Below, piece by piece: positions 1-13,250 of a stretch of DNA of 64,000 nucleotides. The position numbers were made by a program, and so were the translations under genes. Positions within the stretch are counted from its first letter, which is position 1. Each line of letters begins with the position of its first letter. Origin of the DNA: Pavona decussata (lineage: Eukaryota); the NCBI GenBank assembly GCA_977016875.1, contig CDRNST010000008.1, positions 3,224,001 through 3,288,000 on the forward strand, written 5' to 3'. The notes below the pieces were generated by a model, which worked only from the letters and a program-made list of their open reading frames with translations, searched no databases and was not told where the DNA came from.

Positions 1-1426
1 CGCAGTGGCCATATGAGCTAATTCAATGCAACAGACATTCAAACCGGAATAGAATGTTTATGATCTAATGTGACCTTTCAAGCTTGTGAAAGGTTACGAA
101 GACGCAGTTGGTTCTTAATCACGGAGGTGTAAAATAGGTTGCCACTCCCAGTTTGTTTTATTTTCATCAAAATTGTAAATAATTGTGTTTAACCAAGTGT
201 GTGATACCTAAGCGGATCAGGAAGATCTTCGCCGGTTTGCCCATTGGTTTTCTTTTCTTTTTTTTTTTTCTTTTTCTTTTTGAATCGCTCGAAAGAAGTT
301 TTGCCATTTCATCTGAACCTTCTGTTATTAAAATTTTATTTAATACAGTGAACTTTACACAATTATTCATGTGTTAATATAATATATTTTTTAAGTTTTA
401 GATCTATTTATTTATTGTTTTCATTTTACACACTTAAACCTCTTAGGAACCAATCATTATTTATCCCGCCTAGGGAGGTTTGGAGGATTTTGGTATGAAA
501 CCAGGTTAAAATATTTGATCCCTTCTCAAACAGCTTTGTTATTTTCATGCACCCCAAATGGACACTATAATTCCCTGAACACCACCCTCTCACCACTTCG
601 TTCCTGAACACACTAATCATTACTACCCGTTTGATTTTCCACGGTTCAGTAAATCCTTTCCGTGTTTCCAGTTTATAATTCACAAATATTGTATAATTTA
701 CAGTTGAGAGAACCTATTTGACACTGGAGTCAACAAACACTGTTTTTCGAGCTCGGGTCATGTTAATTTGTAAATAATTTACTGAGTTAAAATAAACTAT
801 ATGTCTACGTCCATGCCTGTGTAAGACGCAGAAAAACTCTGGAACGAGCCTACGCAAGCTAGGGTTCATGAGAAGGACAAAGACAAATGCATGATTTCAA
901 ACCGTGCTAGGAGGACCGGGAGGTGCTCCAGTTAAATGGTTGGTATAAGAAACCTGCATGGCAAGTCCTCTTAAATTTATTAACCTACGGAAATGGTTAA
1001 AAATTCGGCGTGAACCTTATCATCATACTCAGTACACGATGAAAACAAATGAGCTCAAATGGGCTTTTTTTTTGGGGGGGGGGGGGGTGTCGCTTTATTT
1101 TGAGATGAGAGGGTTTAGCTAAGACTACCCCTTTCTAGTCTCAGCTAAACTCCCTACGCTCCACTCTGGGATAGAAATAATGAATGGTCCCTTAACGAGC
1201 TTTTATTAAGGTCCTCGGTGCTGCGTGTATAAATAAAAAAACAACAACAGAGCAAGGGCATTTTATCCTTATTTAAATTTACATATGGTGCAGGGATTGG
1301 TTCTTTGTGTGCTGCAATTGTAGAATTCAATGGCATACGGTAAGTACGCATTCTCAGGCCCTTACGCGCACTTGTTAATTTCCAGCGAGAGGAAAGATCG
1401 CCTTACGACATACCCAGCCCAGCCCA

Positions 1427-1823
1427 GCTAGTTCCCAGTTGGCTTGATAGCTCAGTTTATAACGCCCTAGTCCAGACCCATCTCGACTACTGTAGCCCCG
1501 TTTGGGATGGCTTAAGTAACTATTTAGGTGAAAACCTCCAAACACTACAAAACCGTGTAGCTAGGGTGATTTTGAAGGCAATTGCGAAACAAGCTCCAGC
1601 ATGCTACTCGAAACACTAAATTGTCAGTGAGACGAAAGAAAATAAAACGCATTGATGACGTTTAAGTCCCTTAAGAAACTAGCCCCAGTGTACTTGTAGG
1701 ACCTATTCAACAAACGAAGAACAGACTACGATTTACAAAATTCTTTTGGTAAATTGACATTGCATGCCCAAGCCGCGCACTAACTATTTCAGAGGTCATG
1801 GGTTCGCATCCTGTTCAAGCCTG
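1427..1823 (+). mobile_element. tRNA-derived SINE head split by a CR1/L2-type LINE ORF2 fragment (~1459-1789)
   Basis: A-box half ttcccagttggcttgatagctcagtt (1432-1457) and B-box half agaggtcatgggttcgcatcctgttcaagcctg (1791-1823) flank a degenerate frame ALVQTHLDYCSPVWDGLSNYLGENLQTLQNRVARVILK. That frame is typical of the region downstream of the non-LTR RT domain. Confidence 0.75.
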
Positions 1824-2271
1824 TTTAAGTTATGATGATTTTTTCTCCTTATCCGCAGACCAGTTCGTTTATTCCAATTTGAATATTGAATATGAGGTTC
1901 TTAGGGAGAGACGCTCTTAACATCGCATTCTTGGGGGAAGTCGTTTCTTTCAAAGGGCTACCTTAAGAAATTTGAACGAAGCATGAAATGTTGTCGCTAC
2001 TTTACAGTGTGTCACTAATTTGTGTCGGTCGTTATTTCGGGAACTTTATGATTATTTATTTCACTAATTGTCTTAGCTAGTAAACAATTATTAACAGTAG
2101 TTTCAAAAGTCAATGTTTCATCTCTTATCCATTCTGGTGAAAGTAAACTTCAAATCCAGAGCATAAAATATAGTCAATTTCTTTTACTCATTAGGCTGTG
2201 AAGTTACTGATCTTATTTTTCTAGATTTGATATTTTAACATCATTCTCTTTCATTAAAAAACACATTGTGT

Positions 2272-4663
2272 TTATCTGGATTTGGAAGCTTTCCGATGTA
2301 TTTTGTGATTGTTTGCGTTTAGTCCATCCTGCATGTTAAAGTGCTTGAAATTATTTGACTTCACGTTATTCCCTTCGTTACCAGAACCGCTCATCCCATA
2401 CGGTAATCCGCTCCCGCTAACTTCTCTGCTGCTTAAACGTTCTAAATTCGGAAAGGTGCTTATTTTATTACGAAGGCTGAAGGAACTGTCATCTCCTGCT
2501 TTAGCCTCAAAATCACCCTGACGATGATCGTGATAGAATTTTCGTTCTGCTTCTTCATCGCTGTCTTTGAAGTCGCCATAATCCTCAGTATTGTAGGAGT
2601 CGTCTACTCCTTCCTGCTCTTGTGTTTCACGTGTGGCTCCTTCCTCGTCAAATCCTCCACCTCCCTTAACAGTCCCAATCGTATGACCCATCAAAGCATC
2701 GTACATCTCGTCCTGTTGTGCAGCTACTTTTTCCTCAAGATGGGCCGCCTCCTCAAACTTTTTCTGTGCCTCTGATGACTGTTTCTGATTACCTTCACCA
2801 CCAACAGGTGAGGTGTTGGCAGTGTTTATTGTAGACTGACTTAGTGGGGATTGGATTGGACTCGCAGCTGTCGGCTTGTTTGCAACCTTATACCCTTCTG
2901 CGTCGTTGACTGGACTGAGAGTTTGGGGATTGTTTGAAGATGTTAAATTTAACATCTCATGAATTTTTTTAAAGAATTCTTTCTCTGCCTTATAGAGCTC
3001 TTGTCGGGCTAAAAATGCTTTAACCAACTTTTGAGCTGTACCAAATGCCTTTCTAGCAGCCAATCGTTCAGTAGACAAAACTGGTTGTTGAAAATGCTGT
3101 TTAGGTTCTTGCTCTTGCTTTTGCCCTTGTGCCGTATGACCAAATGATGGCTGTTGCTTCCCGTCCTGCTTTTCAAGCAGGCTCATTTGTTGGTTTGCTG
3201 TTGATTGCCCAAGGGACTGCTGCTGCAAATTCTGTGTCTGAGCTCCTGGTTGTCTTGTTTGAGTTTGTATGTTGAAATTCAATCTTGTGTTATTTTCTCT
3301 TACCGAGTTTGCTTTCTCACTAGTTAGGTTCTTTACAACACTAAGGTGTGCAGCTTTAAGTATGTTACTTATAAATGAGGTGTAGTTTTTCAAAAGTTCA
3401 CGAGCACCTCCAACTGCTTTTTTGTTGGTAGGGCTTTCTTTAAAATCCAAAGAATGGTTGTGTGCTGCAGTTGGTAGCTTTTGCATCAAATTGGCGTGTT
3501 CATTATTTCTTTGTTTCTGAAATGGTATGTCACTAATGAGAACGCCCGTTTTGTTTTTATTAGAGTTTGCCTGTTTAAGCTCTGCTAAAAGGAGGTCCTT
3601 GAGAATCTTTAAATGATGCGCATCGTGTTTTGATTCCTGGGCTGTGGCTATCGGCCGAGTTGTTTCAGGTAGCTTTATGTGTACACTCGTGCCTTGATCA
3701 ACATTCGCCGTCTTATTCCACGGCATTTTCTCAGCTTCCCTAACGGCCATATCGAGCAAAGCAACAGCATTGATAAGTTTAGTATTATTAAGGTGGCTAA
3801 TATCAGTGTTAGTAGGATCCTGTCCAACGCTCTCCCAAACAATTTGCTTGGCTCGAGCAAACGCTGCTCTGGTTAAGTCCGGATCAAATGGTTTACCATG
3901 CTCAACGATGCTTCTCAGTTTAGTAAATAATGGAAAAGAATCAGTGACCATTTTTTCTCCTTTACTTTTTTTCACAGAAGTAGTACTTGATGCTTTTATG
4001 GTCATTTTGTGTTCACCATTCTTTTGGGATTTAGACATATTTTCCAACTGGCCATTCACCTTTTCAAGAAATTTTACTGTCTCCTGTAATGTGTTTTCTG
4101 TATTGACTCGTACTGCTGTTTTGTTTGTGCTCCTTTCTTTGTTGAATTTACTTAGTCCTACAGCCAGTTTTAAAACGGAAGCAAGGCTACCAAGATGCTT
4201 TTTTCTGTGTTTGCGGTGATGGACGCGCTTTGGAGGAATTTCCGGTCTCATGACGACTCTGATGACGTTTGGAGCTTTCTTCACAGTAGAATCAACATTC
4301 AGCGGCTTGCCACCGATCTCCATCTCACGCATAGCATCCGCAAGGAAATTTCTTTTATCATTATTATCCTTTGGTTTCCTGCTTCCTATGATTGTGAAAG
4401 TAAAGATCTTTAAGTTAATATGGGACAATTTTAAATTGACAATAACATTATATTATTGTGGTTGTAATAAGCATTTAACTCCAACTATGCTAGTAAACAA
4501 TGCTTGGACAACACATTACAGTTAAAATAAACCATAGCTGGTTTTTCAGTAAACTAATTTTCACTTCGAAGGTCCAATGAAGATCTAACAATGTCTTCTT
4601 ACCTGAATGGAAAGCAGGAATTATAGGGAGAAAAAATATGAGGATAAGTGACAATTTTCTCAT
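2272..4663 (-). CDS. G1: secreted low-complexity orphan protein, ~724 aa; exons 4663-4603 (signal peptide) and 4385-2272
   Basis: Exon 4663-4603 reads MRKLSLILIFFLPIIPAFHS-G then GTAAG (phase 1). The acceptor tttcacaatcatAG before 4385 restores the frame of the 718-aa ORF; total 2175 nt. The protein is K/Q/N/S-rich and Cys-free, with many N-x-S/T sequons and an acidic region near the C-terminus. Probable 5'UTR introns upstream (acceptor ~4728, donor ~4848). Confidence 0.88.
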
Positions 4664-6175
4664 ATCCGTTTTCTCTTCTTCAGGTTGTAGTTACATTTGT
4701 CAGGTAGGAAGAAGTGGCTTCGCCAAGCTAAAAATGAAGAGCATGAAGTTAAGATTCGGAAGAACGACAGAGCAAAACAATATTTCAATCATTCAAGCAT
4801 GAAACGAGCAGGTGCTTAACACAAGATTCATTTCACTCTTCACTGTACCTGTTATCTTTCTATTTTGTCTATGACAGAAAAAAGAACGCAAAAGTAGGTC
4901 TACGATGCCATTCTAAACAAATGTCAAAACCAAAAGAAGATGTGTCCAATTTTACAGATTACCATCAGTCAGTTTAGCAACAGAGCAAATAATATTCTAT
5001 GATTTAATACATCGATGTACTTGGTGTGATGATGACAGTGTTGGATTAAATAATAACAAAACAATAATTTACACGTGTATGCCCAGTTTCGCAGTCAGTG
5101 AGTCGTAAATAGCAGAGTGTTTTGTGTTTATAAAACATTTGTAGATGGGTTTACCTTGCCTCTAAGAGTAATATCCATGAACGAGCAATGTTTCTGTTCT
5201 GATTCCGTTAGCCATGTCCCGGTAAGAGCCACTTAAGGATGACGTAATGCAGGCAAACTATAGAGACGAGGACAGAGGTCACACACCCTTTGTCACTAGT
5301 AACTTTCCAAGCATCGATGAACAGTTAAAAACTCTTCGCTTTTAATATCTACAATACAGTTTCGCCTGTTAATGTTGACCTTTCTGTAAAGTTATAGCTG
5401 TGAAGGTTTTCACCTAATTGATTTTGAGATATCATCAAAGACATGGCGGATAGGGGAATAGGGTAATAAAGATGCTTAGTACTCAAAACGTTTACCTTAT
5501 GCAAACACAATACAACGAGCCGGAGTTGTGGGTTTACTTTTACATCAGGTTTTGTATTAAGTGACATTTTTATCCCTGTTTAGCCACAAATCCTCTTGAC
5601 AAACGGCGACCAATGCACATTTTTTATTTGTACTCTTGTTATATTTTATTCAGAAGACATGTACGTTTCTTGGATGAACTTGCTGACCATGGAGACCGTT
5701 GTCTGGTTTGTCTTTTGAAGTTTTGGAGAATTACTGCAAAACGTTGGAACTGCAGAACCCTTCGCTCCCCACGCCCCCTACCAAACAAAAACGTGCACTT
5801 GGCCTTGAGTCGGTTTGAGAGAGTCCTGGTAAACTTGTAGGCACATGTGCAAAGCTACTTTCAAATATGGGCCCGGGCCGTCTTTCATTCGTCAGCGTTT
5901 ATTTCTTTAAAATCACGAGGAGATGAAAAGGCACTTTGGTATCGTTGCGTCTTGCCCCTCCCCTTCATTTATGTTGTAATGCATGTCGTCCTAAACTCAT
6001 GTTCTTGTAATTAATTGCTTTTACTCATTCATACTCCAAACCAGATAACGGTCCATTGTGCTTTCGGTAAACAGCAGGGGCCAGTTATTTAAACAGAGTG
6101 TAACTTAGGCCCGGCTTAAGACACTCAGTGGGCCTCCATATCTGTTTCTAAGTGGTTTATTTCCTTAGATAAATA

Positions 6176-6686
6176 CCGTATTTCCTCGAATAATAGCCGT
6201 CCCTCGATTAATCGCCTCTCTCGAATAATCGCTTCCCCTTTGTCGAAAATATTTAAAATAATCGCCTCCCTCGAATTATCTCCCCTTCGCCATTTTCTCT
6301 TTCTTTTATCCCCTCCCTCTCAAGTTAAAAATGACATAAGCCTTCATTTAATCGTCACAACTGAATGGTTACAAAAGCACGGGGTTTTTTTTACAGTTTT
6401 TTCTATGGTAATGTTTCTGTATTTCGCTTTTTCAGGCTCTGACAGCGAAGATATTGACATTGAACGTTGATTAATCAACGAAACAAATTTGAAACACTTA
6501 AAAAGCCCATGTTCGGTTTATTTTTGATGTGATTAGTTTTGTGATTTCATGGTATAATAAAACAAAATATTTAGGGCACGACCTCCTGTGAGAAATATTT
6601 GAAATAATCGCCTCCCTCGAATAATCGCCCCCTTTCGGTGCGAAAAAAGAAATAATCGCTCCGGGCTATTATTGGAGGAAATACGG
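6176..6686. mobile_element. Tc1/mariner(pogo)-type MITE
   Basis: TIRs ccgtatttcctcgaataatagcc / ggctattattggaggaaatacgg with TA on both flanks. Internal subterminal repeats aataatcgcctccctcgaat. Confidence 0.85.
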
Positions 6687-7642
6687 TAGTTTTCTACTGT
6701 GGGATGCGAGCCTTCTTGTTACCGTCGGCACTAGACAATGTTGAGATATGATTGTTTGCAAAATTGAAAATGGCTTTGAACGTGGTTTTGTTAAACACCG
6801 TGTGAACTATCTTCTATTAGTACTAGAAATACGTGACTCGCAAAACCTCGCTAAGCTGGGGCTGGGTGGAAAGCCCTCTTTACTCGTATTGTAGCATCAA
6901 ACGAGGAGATTAAAAGGTTTCTGAACATAGCAACTATTTTGATGAGCATGGTCTTTTCGAGGTTCCACAGGCTAGTTTGCAGTTGAAAATCTATTTCTGT
7001 CGCCACGAAATGTGCAACGTGCGTGAAGCGCTGTCCTGTTCGATTCCCACGGAAAATTATTTTACCGCGGCCACAAAACGTGTAATTTCTTCAATGCAAT
7101 CTTTCACAAAAAAAAGATTTCTAGAAGAAAGGGAAAAGATTCTGGAGAGATAGTTCTGTATCCAGTAAATATTGATGAACATTATTGCAGTTGAAATTTG
7201 ATCCGGCACGCAAACTGCGATGTATGCAAATTTTGCTCCAGACGACGCCAGACAGTCTGACGTTATTCATACTTTGTTTTTCACTGTTCCTAGGCAACAG
7301 TGCGGACACCTTCAACGAAATATATAAACATACATACATACATATATATAAATATATTTTTCGCTCGAATTCGCGCGGCCTAGCTCCGCTCGGGCCGGCT
7401 CGGCCCGACAAATTTATTAACCTCGCTACGCTCGGGCCCTCGCGAGGAATAAATCTACTAGTGTTCTATCACGAATGCCGTTCCCTAATTGGCTACGCTA
7501 CTCGCTATCTATCCTGTGATACTGATAGTGAGTAGCGGTTTTCAACAAAATGGCAGCCGCTTCCTCGCGTTTTCGAAGTGTCTGCGATGAGGATATACAT
7601 AATTTACTTGTTTAGTTTTGAACGACTAGTAGATTTATACTA

Positions 7643-7749
7643 AAACAATTAGATTATTCGCTCTCGATTTCTATGCATGATAGCTGATTCGGGCTGCGCT
7701 CACATCAGCTATCACGCGATAGAAATCTCGAGCTATTAATCTAATTGTT
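7643..7749. repeat. Imperfect ~105-bp palindrome, part of an interspersed repeat
   Basis: aacaattagattatt...tcgatttctat..gatagctga pairs with tcagctatc..atagaaatctcga...taatctaattgtt. Confidence 0.7.
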
Positions 7750-8047
7750 AAATAGCTAACCCCATGAGTCTGAATCCAGGAAACGAAACAACCCTCGCAC
7801 GGACCCTCGCGAGACAAGAGGATTTAGTTACCAGTCCAGTGATATTCCTGTTCCAAATGCAATCAGCTTACTTTCTCGGCCATGGTAAACTTCTCAGTGA
7901 TTTGCCAAAATGTCCTCGAATCTCCTTCTGCGCTGACGATGCATCTTGAATTAAATTTTCTGGCCATTCAGAATCTCCTACCCTCATCCTAATTAGCCCG
8001 AATTAAGTCTGACGTTTTCCTTTGTCTGAATCAACTGTCGAGCTTAA

Positions 8048-8912
8048 AGTGCCCCTAACCCTTCAATTTGTTTTCTTTTGGTAGATTTCCATATCATTCA
8101 AGAACTCATTTTCGAAAAAAAAATTGAGAAATATTGAATCCTTTTTTTTACGAGCGCTAGAAGTGAAGGCAGTCTTGTCGATATTTTCACCTATCGTTCG
8201 CATTAGTCCCCCACTCTGCCAAATGTGTCCAAATATGGAGCGTGACGTAAGAAAAGGACATTGTGCAAAAATATCCGAAGATTAGGGGTAATGCTTCAAT
8301 TGTAAACAGAGAAAATGGTTGAAAAATGTGAGGTTTTTGGATGCAGCAACTCTCGAAATGTAGAGAAAGGAATCAGCATGCATAAGATTCCTTCTGAATC
8401 CTTCTGAATCCTTCTGGCCCCAGTTGTTCAAAGGCCGGATAACTTTATCCAGTGGATAAGTCACTATCCGACAGTTTCAATCTGTGCAAAGATTTCAGTA
8501 TTTCATCGTGTACAAGCGAATATGCACACTCTAAGCACAGTCTAGTTTAGGAGTGAACGAAAACCTTGGACAACGTTTAACGTGAAGTATATTTTAGACC
8601 CCGAATAGTGCCTTATCCAGCGGATAAAGTTATCCGACCTTTGAACAACTGGGGCCAGGTGTCCTTTTCTTACGCACAGCTAAGAAAGTGTCAAATATCG
8701 GACGCTTCTCGTTGGCTCGTTCCTAATGAGCCCACGAGACAAAAATTTGTCCAGCGGGGCTTAAAGCGCGCAAAAATTTAAAAATTTCAGTAACCTTTAG
8801 CGCTCGTAAAAAAAAAAAGGATTCAATATTTCTAAAAAAAAATTTCGAAAATGAGTTCTTCACAGATATGGAAATCTACCAAAAGAAAGCAAATTGAAGG
8901 GTTAGGGGCACT
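8048..8912. mobile_element. Kolobok-like MITE (TTAA TSD) containing a nested MITE
   Basis: Long TIRs agtgcccctaacccttcaatttg...gtagatttccatatc / gatatggaaatctacc...ttgaagggttaggggcact. TTAA at 8044-8047 and 8913-8916; AG..CT termini. Confidence 0.85.
8416..8656. mobile_element. Nested MITE, PIF/Harbinger-like
   Basis: TIRs ggccccagttgttcaaagg.cggataactttatcc / ggataaagttatccgacctttgaacaactggggcc. Confidence 0.85.
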
Positions 8913-9199
8913 TTAAGCACGAAAAGCTCTGTTAGGCTAACTGACTAAATGACAGCGTAACGTTTATTCAATCGTCTTACTTAATAAATCAAATCTTTAA
9001 TGAGGATAGGAAGATACTGCACTGAAAAGTGGTTTACACGAGGGTCCTCCTAAAAACAAAATAGAGCCTAAAGCTAGATATGATAGAGATAAAGGCTACT
9101 ACTAATATAAATAATAATGGTGCAAAATACTGAAATACTATAGGGATATATATTATATAAATAAGATTCAATATAAAAGTAAGATAAAGTTAAAGTTTA

Positions 9200-9990
9200 A
9201 GCTCATGATCAGCTCTTAAAACTTGACGCTTCAAACAAGCCACTGCGGGAGCGCCTTTCTAAGTTGGTTCCACACGTTTGAACAAATATTAATAGTGGAC
9301 CAATGCTTCCATCTCCTGACAGCGGAAGAATTACGAATATTCTTCCTAGGCCTAGTATTATAATTGTGAAAATTGCTACTAAAACATGGCGAAAAAGAGT
9401 GCTCAAAGAGGTTGCTAGCTGACTTGTACAAAGAAACTGCACGATGCTCTGCTCTGCGGCAGCTAAGGGTTTCCCCGTCTGGCTAAAGCATCGCTCGCAG
9501 GAGCGCGCGGACAGAAATGTAAAATAATACGGGCTGCCTTATTGTGCAGTACTTGTAAGTCTGCCATTAGGGTAGAGTTACCAAATCTGCGTTAACAAAA
9601 AGAGGAAGAACTTAGCTATCTTTTAAAAAAGTTAGCCTAGCGCTAAGAGGTAAGCATAAATTAATGCGACGTAAAAGGCCTAGTTTCTTACTTATCTTGC
9701 GTCGCAACTCCTCCATATGGAGGTCCCAGGATAGTGTACGTTTTATAGTAAGACCTCTTCCAGGGGATTTCCACCACAACAGATAGTGAGCGATGTTACT
9801 CTGTTAAGCCTAGCGCTACTACCAATTAGCATAAACTTGGATTTCTTAATGTCAAATGTTAATTGGTTAAAGCGAAACCATTTACAAATCTGACTCAGGT
9901 CAGAATTCAACTTTGATTCGATTTCGGAAATGGATTTGGAAGTGTCATAAACAACAGTGCCGAACAAAGTCCATAGATTCTGATAATTAT
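9200..9990 (-). mobile_element. Degenerate 5'-truncated non-LTR retrotransposon (CR1/L2-like ORF2 C-terminal half)
   Basis: Minus-strand frame LNSDLSQICKWFRFNQLTFDIKKSKFMLIGS (RT palm/thumb region). Further broken frames downstream, e.g. LQVLHNKAARIIL and TWNQL. Confidence 0.8.
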
Positions 9991-12900
9991 TCATCAGCAA
10001 AATGTATGCGCTGCCTTAAGGTACTGATTTTGGTCTAGCACGTACGGCTGAATTACGTTCGACACATGCAATGCACGCCGTTTGAATCGGGCTTTATTAG
10101 TAATGAACGGTAAGTCTATGCTGTCTGACCAGAAAAATGCATGAGTGGAGTGTATAAGGTCCTTGAAATCTCAGTCAGCCTTTACCCAAGAACGGTACAC
10201 AATATCTCAAAACATGGAGCGCGAATCTTGTCTTCGCGTCTAAGATGACGCTGGATATTAATCCACTTTGAGAGATACTTCGATGGTACACAACGGCTTC
10301 ATACACTTCTTGGAAAGCGCTCACAAAGGTTTGAATACACATGGTTTCCTTTATCTGAATGTTCAAGTATCTTAAAACCTCTTGAAACCCCGGATTAGGT
10401 CTAACTCGGGAAAAAAACTGCTAACCTTGACCAAAAAATAAAGCAAGTGTTGTCAAGTGCGGATATGCCCTCCCTTTTGGAATAATTAGCCATCATTCAC
10501 CGACGTGAAGGTGGATACATAGTGGTGAATATATACCAAGCTAAAAAGCGGCGAGATGTAAATATCTATCCCTACTCACCGATACTGAGGCGCTGGAATA
10601 GTTGTTGTAGTATTTACAAACCCAGTGGATAGCCAGCAGTGATAAGTCACTTAATTTCTAAGAACAGGATGGGAAACGCGGCGCAGGTGTTACTATAACG
10701 CCTTCTTGTAGCACATAACAAAAAACGTCCTTGACATCTCGGCTAATTTGTTCCATGTTTAGTCAGTTCAGTCGCGTGAAAACATTTATTCGTTTTATCT
10801 AGGTAGTTTGGGCTTGTCCATAGTGTTCGTAATAATGGGTATTTAGTCAGGTTTCGTTCCATACATATTACTGTAACTTTGGCCGGACTGAATAGCATCG
10901 CTCGGTATACGGGGGACAAGACAATGCACCTGATGAAGGCACCATACAACGCCTTTAATGCTCCGTAGTGGATGCGTTTTCAAAGTAAAGACTGGGGTGG
11001 AAGGGGGCTACAGTATGTTGGGACTACTAGGACTGGTAATCCGGACTTTGCACTGAGATGATGTTGCTTCATTAACTTGCACTTAAAGGATACGCATTGC
11101 ATAGACAAAAACAAATTGGTATCGATGAGTTTCACAACCAGAATGACCATTGAAGTGAGTGGACAGAGAACTGAAGAACTTAGAACATGTGCAGTTTCAT
11201 CTGGGAGCAACCGTTTTCAGAGAGGAATTTCCAAAATAAAATTAGCAAAGCAATAAGACCTTCCAAGAGATTGGAAACTGTTTGAATCACAAGAGCTCAG
11301 TGATAGGAGGTGAACAAAGTTTAGATGAATGAAAGCGATGAACTACTAATACTTTTAAAAGCAGGTGCTTATGACGAACTTTTTCTATATTTGGTTGCAA
11401 GAAAGATCTTCAAACCAGGATGTCTTTCACATGGCTGGAGTGGGAAAATTCAGTGAGGATGTCCGAAGGAAGATGTCACTGAATTGATTGGCCATATCAT
11501 GAGGCAACAAACGGAGAAGGATTGCGGTAGCAAAGAATAAACGTGGACCGTGCACAATCCTTTCTTTAAAGTTCACACTACAGCTGAATATCTTAACAGT
11601 GACGTTTCTATTGGTCGGTTGCTCCAACACATTTCAAAATCTATTGTGGTCTGTGCACGGTCAAGGCCAAAATGGTAAGAAAAAACATACAACAAAGAAA
11701 TTTGTCTGGCTTCATAACCATTCCCCTTTATTAACTAAATTATTTTCAACACCATCTGGCATAGTCGTTGGTAATCGTACGTTTATGGCCTTTGCGGACG
11801 GGATGCACCATCTGGAAGTCAATTAAATGTTTACAAAATTGGTTTTATCACCAAACCTAAATACTTACAATGAAAATAGGACATGATTACAGATTTTTAA
11901 AAATGCCGCCTCAATATTTTCATGATTAAGTCAGATGCACAACAAACTTACTGGAAAACATTCTGACAAAAAGGAGAAGCTAATGACTCCGTATGTTTCT
12001 CTTGGTTTACAAGAAATCAGTTAAAAGGAAGTACGTTGATGGGGCCTTACGCCCTCAGCTTCTTTTATCGTGTGTTATAAAATTTTTGTAACACATAAAG
12101 AGAAATTAGTGATAATACCAACGTGTAAGGGTTTCGGTGATTTTTATTACAGGAAAAATCAAATATAATTTTTAACGAAACATTCAATTCAAACGTTGTT
12201 ATTTATATGCTGTGTAGCTTCAAGGATCCGTCATATCCTATGGTATTGTACATAGCTTTTAGGAGTATCTTACTATATAATCCATGCAGAAAAATATATT
12301 TATTTCCTTAAATATAAATAAATAAATCGAAAAGGATTTATACGGATACGTGTAAATTAAGTCGTTTATTAAGTCGTCCATTTGATCCATCAAGTCATTG
12401 GTAGAATTCAAGTGATGTGCAATAACGTACAATAATTTTTTTTTTCAATTTCATTCAAATGTATTCCGGCAAATCGTACAACTAACAATTTTTGTCAGTT
12501 TTCTTATCAAGGCATCGGTTTGTTAGTTAAATGCTAAGTTGCTCAAGGTTTGCAACCGTTTTTTTAGGGCGCCCTAAGAGTAAACATCTGATACTTTTAA
12601 CATTCTATAATGCCATAATAACAACTATTTTGGTTGAACAGAAGAACGTTTTACGGAGCGTCCCCTGATTTTTCAAAAAGCATGCAATTCTACATCATAT
12701 ACAGATCTAAGCAGGATTGCAGGCAAGATCTTCTCATGGGGTTACTTGCAGTAGTCCGGGCTGATAAGTCATGTTTATTTACTTATGACCAGGAGCGTAC
12801 ATTAAATAACATGAAACCATTATCAATTTGATTGAAAGTAAAGAAATCTTGATAGAAGGGATAAAATAATGATTTCTACACTCCAATTTTCAAAGAAATG

Positions 12901-13250
12901 GTTATCGTGATTTAATGAGCAGTAATCCGACTTCCATCCTTATAGTCTTACACTAAATTTCAAACCACTTGCTCTGCGCGTGCTTTGCTCTGCAGAATCG
13001 TTTAACTCAGTTTAGTTGTTTTGTTCAGGTCTATTTTAACGGGCAAATTAAAGATCTGGTGTTGTATCACTCGACGCATAAACATTCAAACATTTCCTTA
13101 ATTCTTCAACAAGAGCTCTGAAATAAGACAGATAATTCTTAAACATAATGTTCTAGCCAAATAAGTCATAAAATCGACAAATTTCTTTTTGGTACATGTT
13201 TGTTGGGCGGTTGATCAATATTTAATTGTAGCTTTTTTAATCTAATTTCT

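Noticed and set aside
4386-4428. TTG/GTG/ATG starts given by the ORF track for the long ORFs (also 17558, 25627, 36721, 42151, 49847, 56151, 63431)
   Set aside because: They lie in intron 3' ends or inside exons; the real starts are in upstream signal exons.
2309-4525. Plus-strand ORFs antisense to G1 (and similar ones opposite G2, G3, G4, G7, G9, G10)
   Set aside because: Shadow frames of compositionally biased coding exons, with no independent gene signals.
10010-10390. Possible tyrosine-recombinase or other TE coding remnant
   Set aside because: Frames are too broken to identify catalytic motifs by eye.
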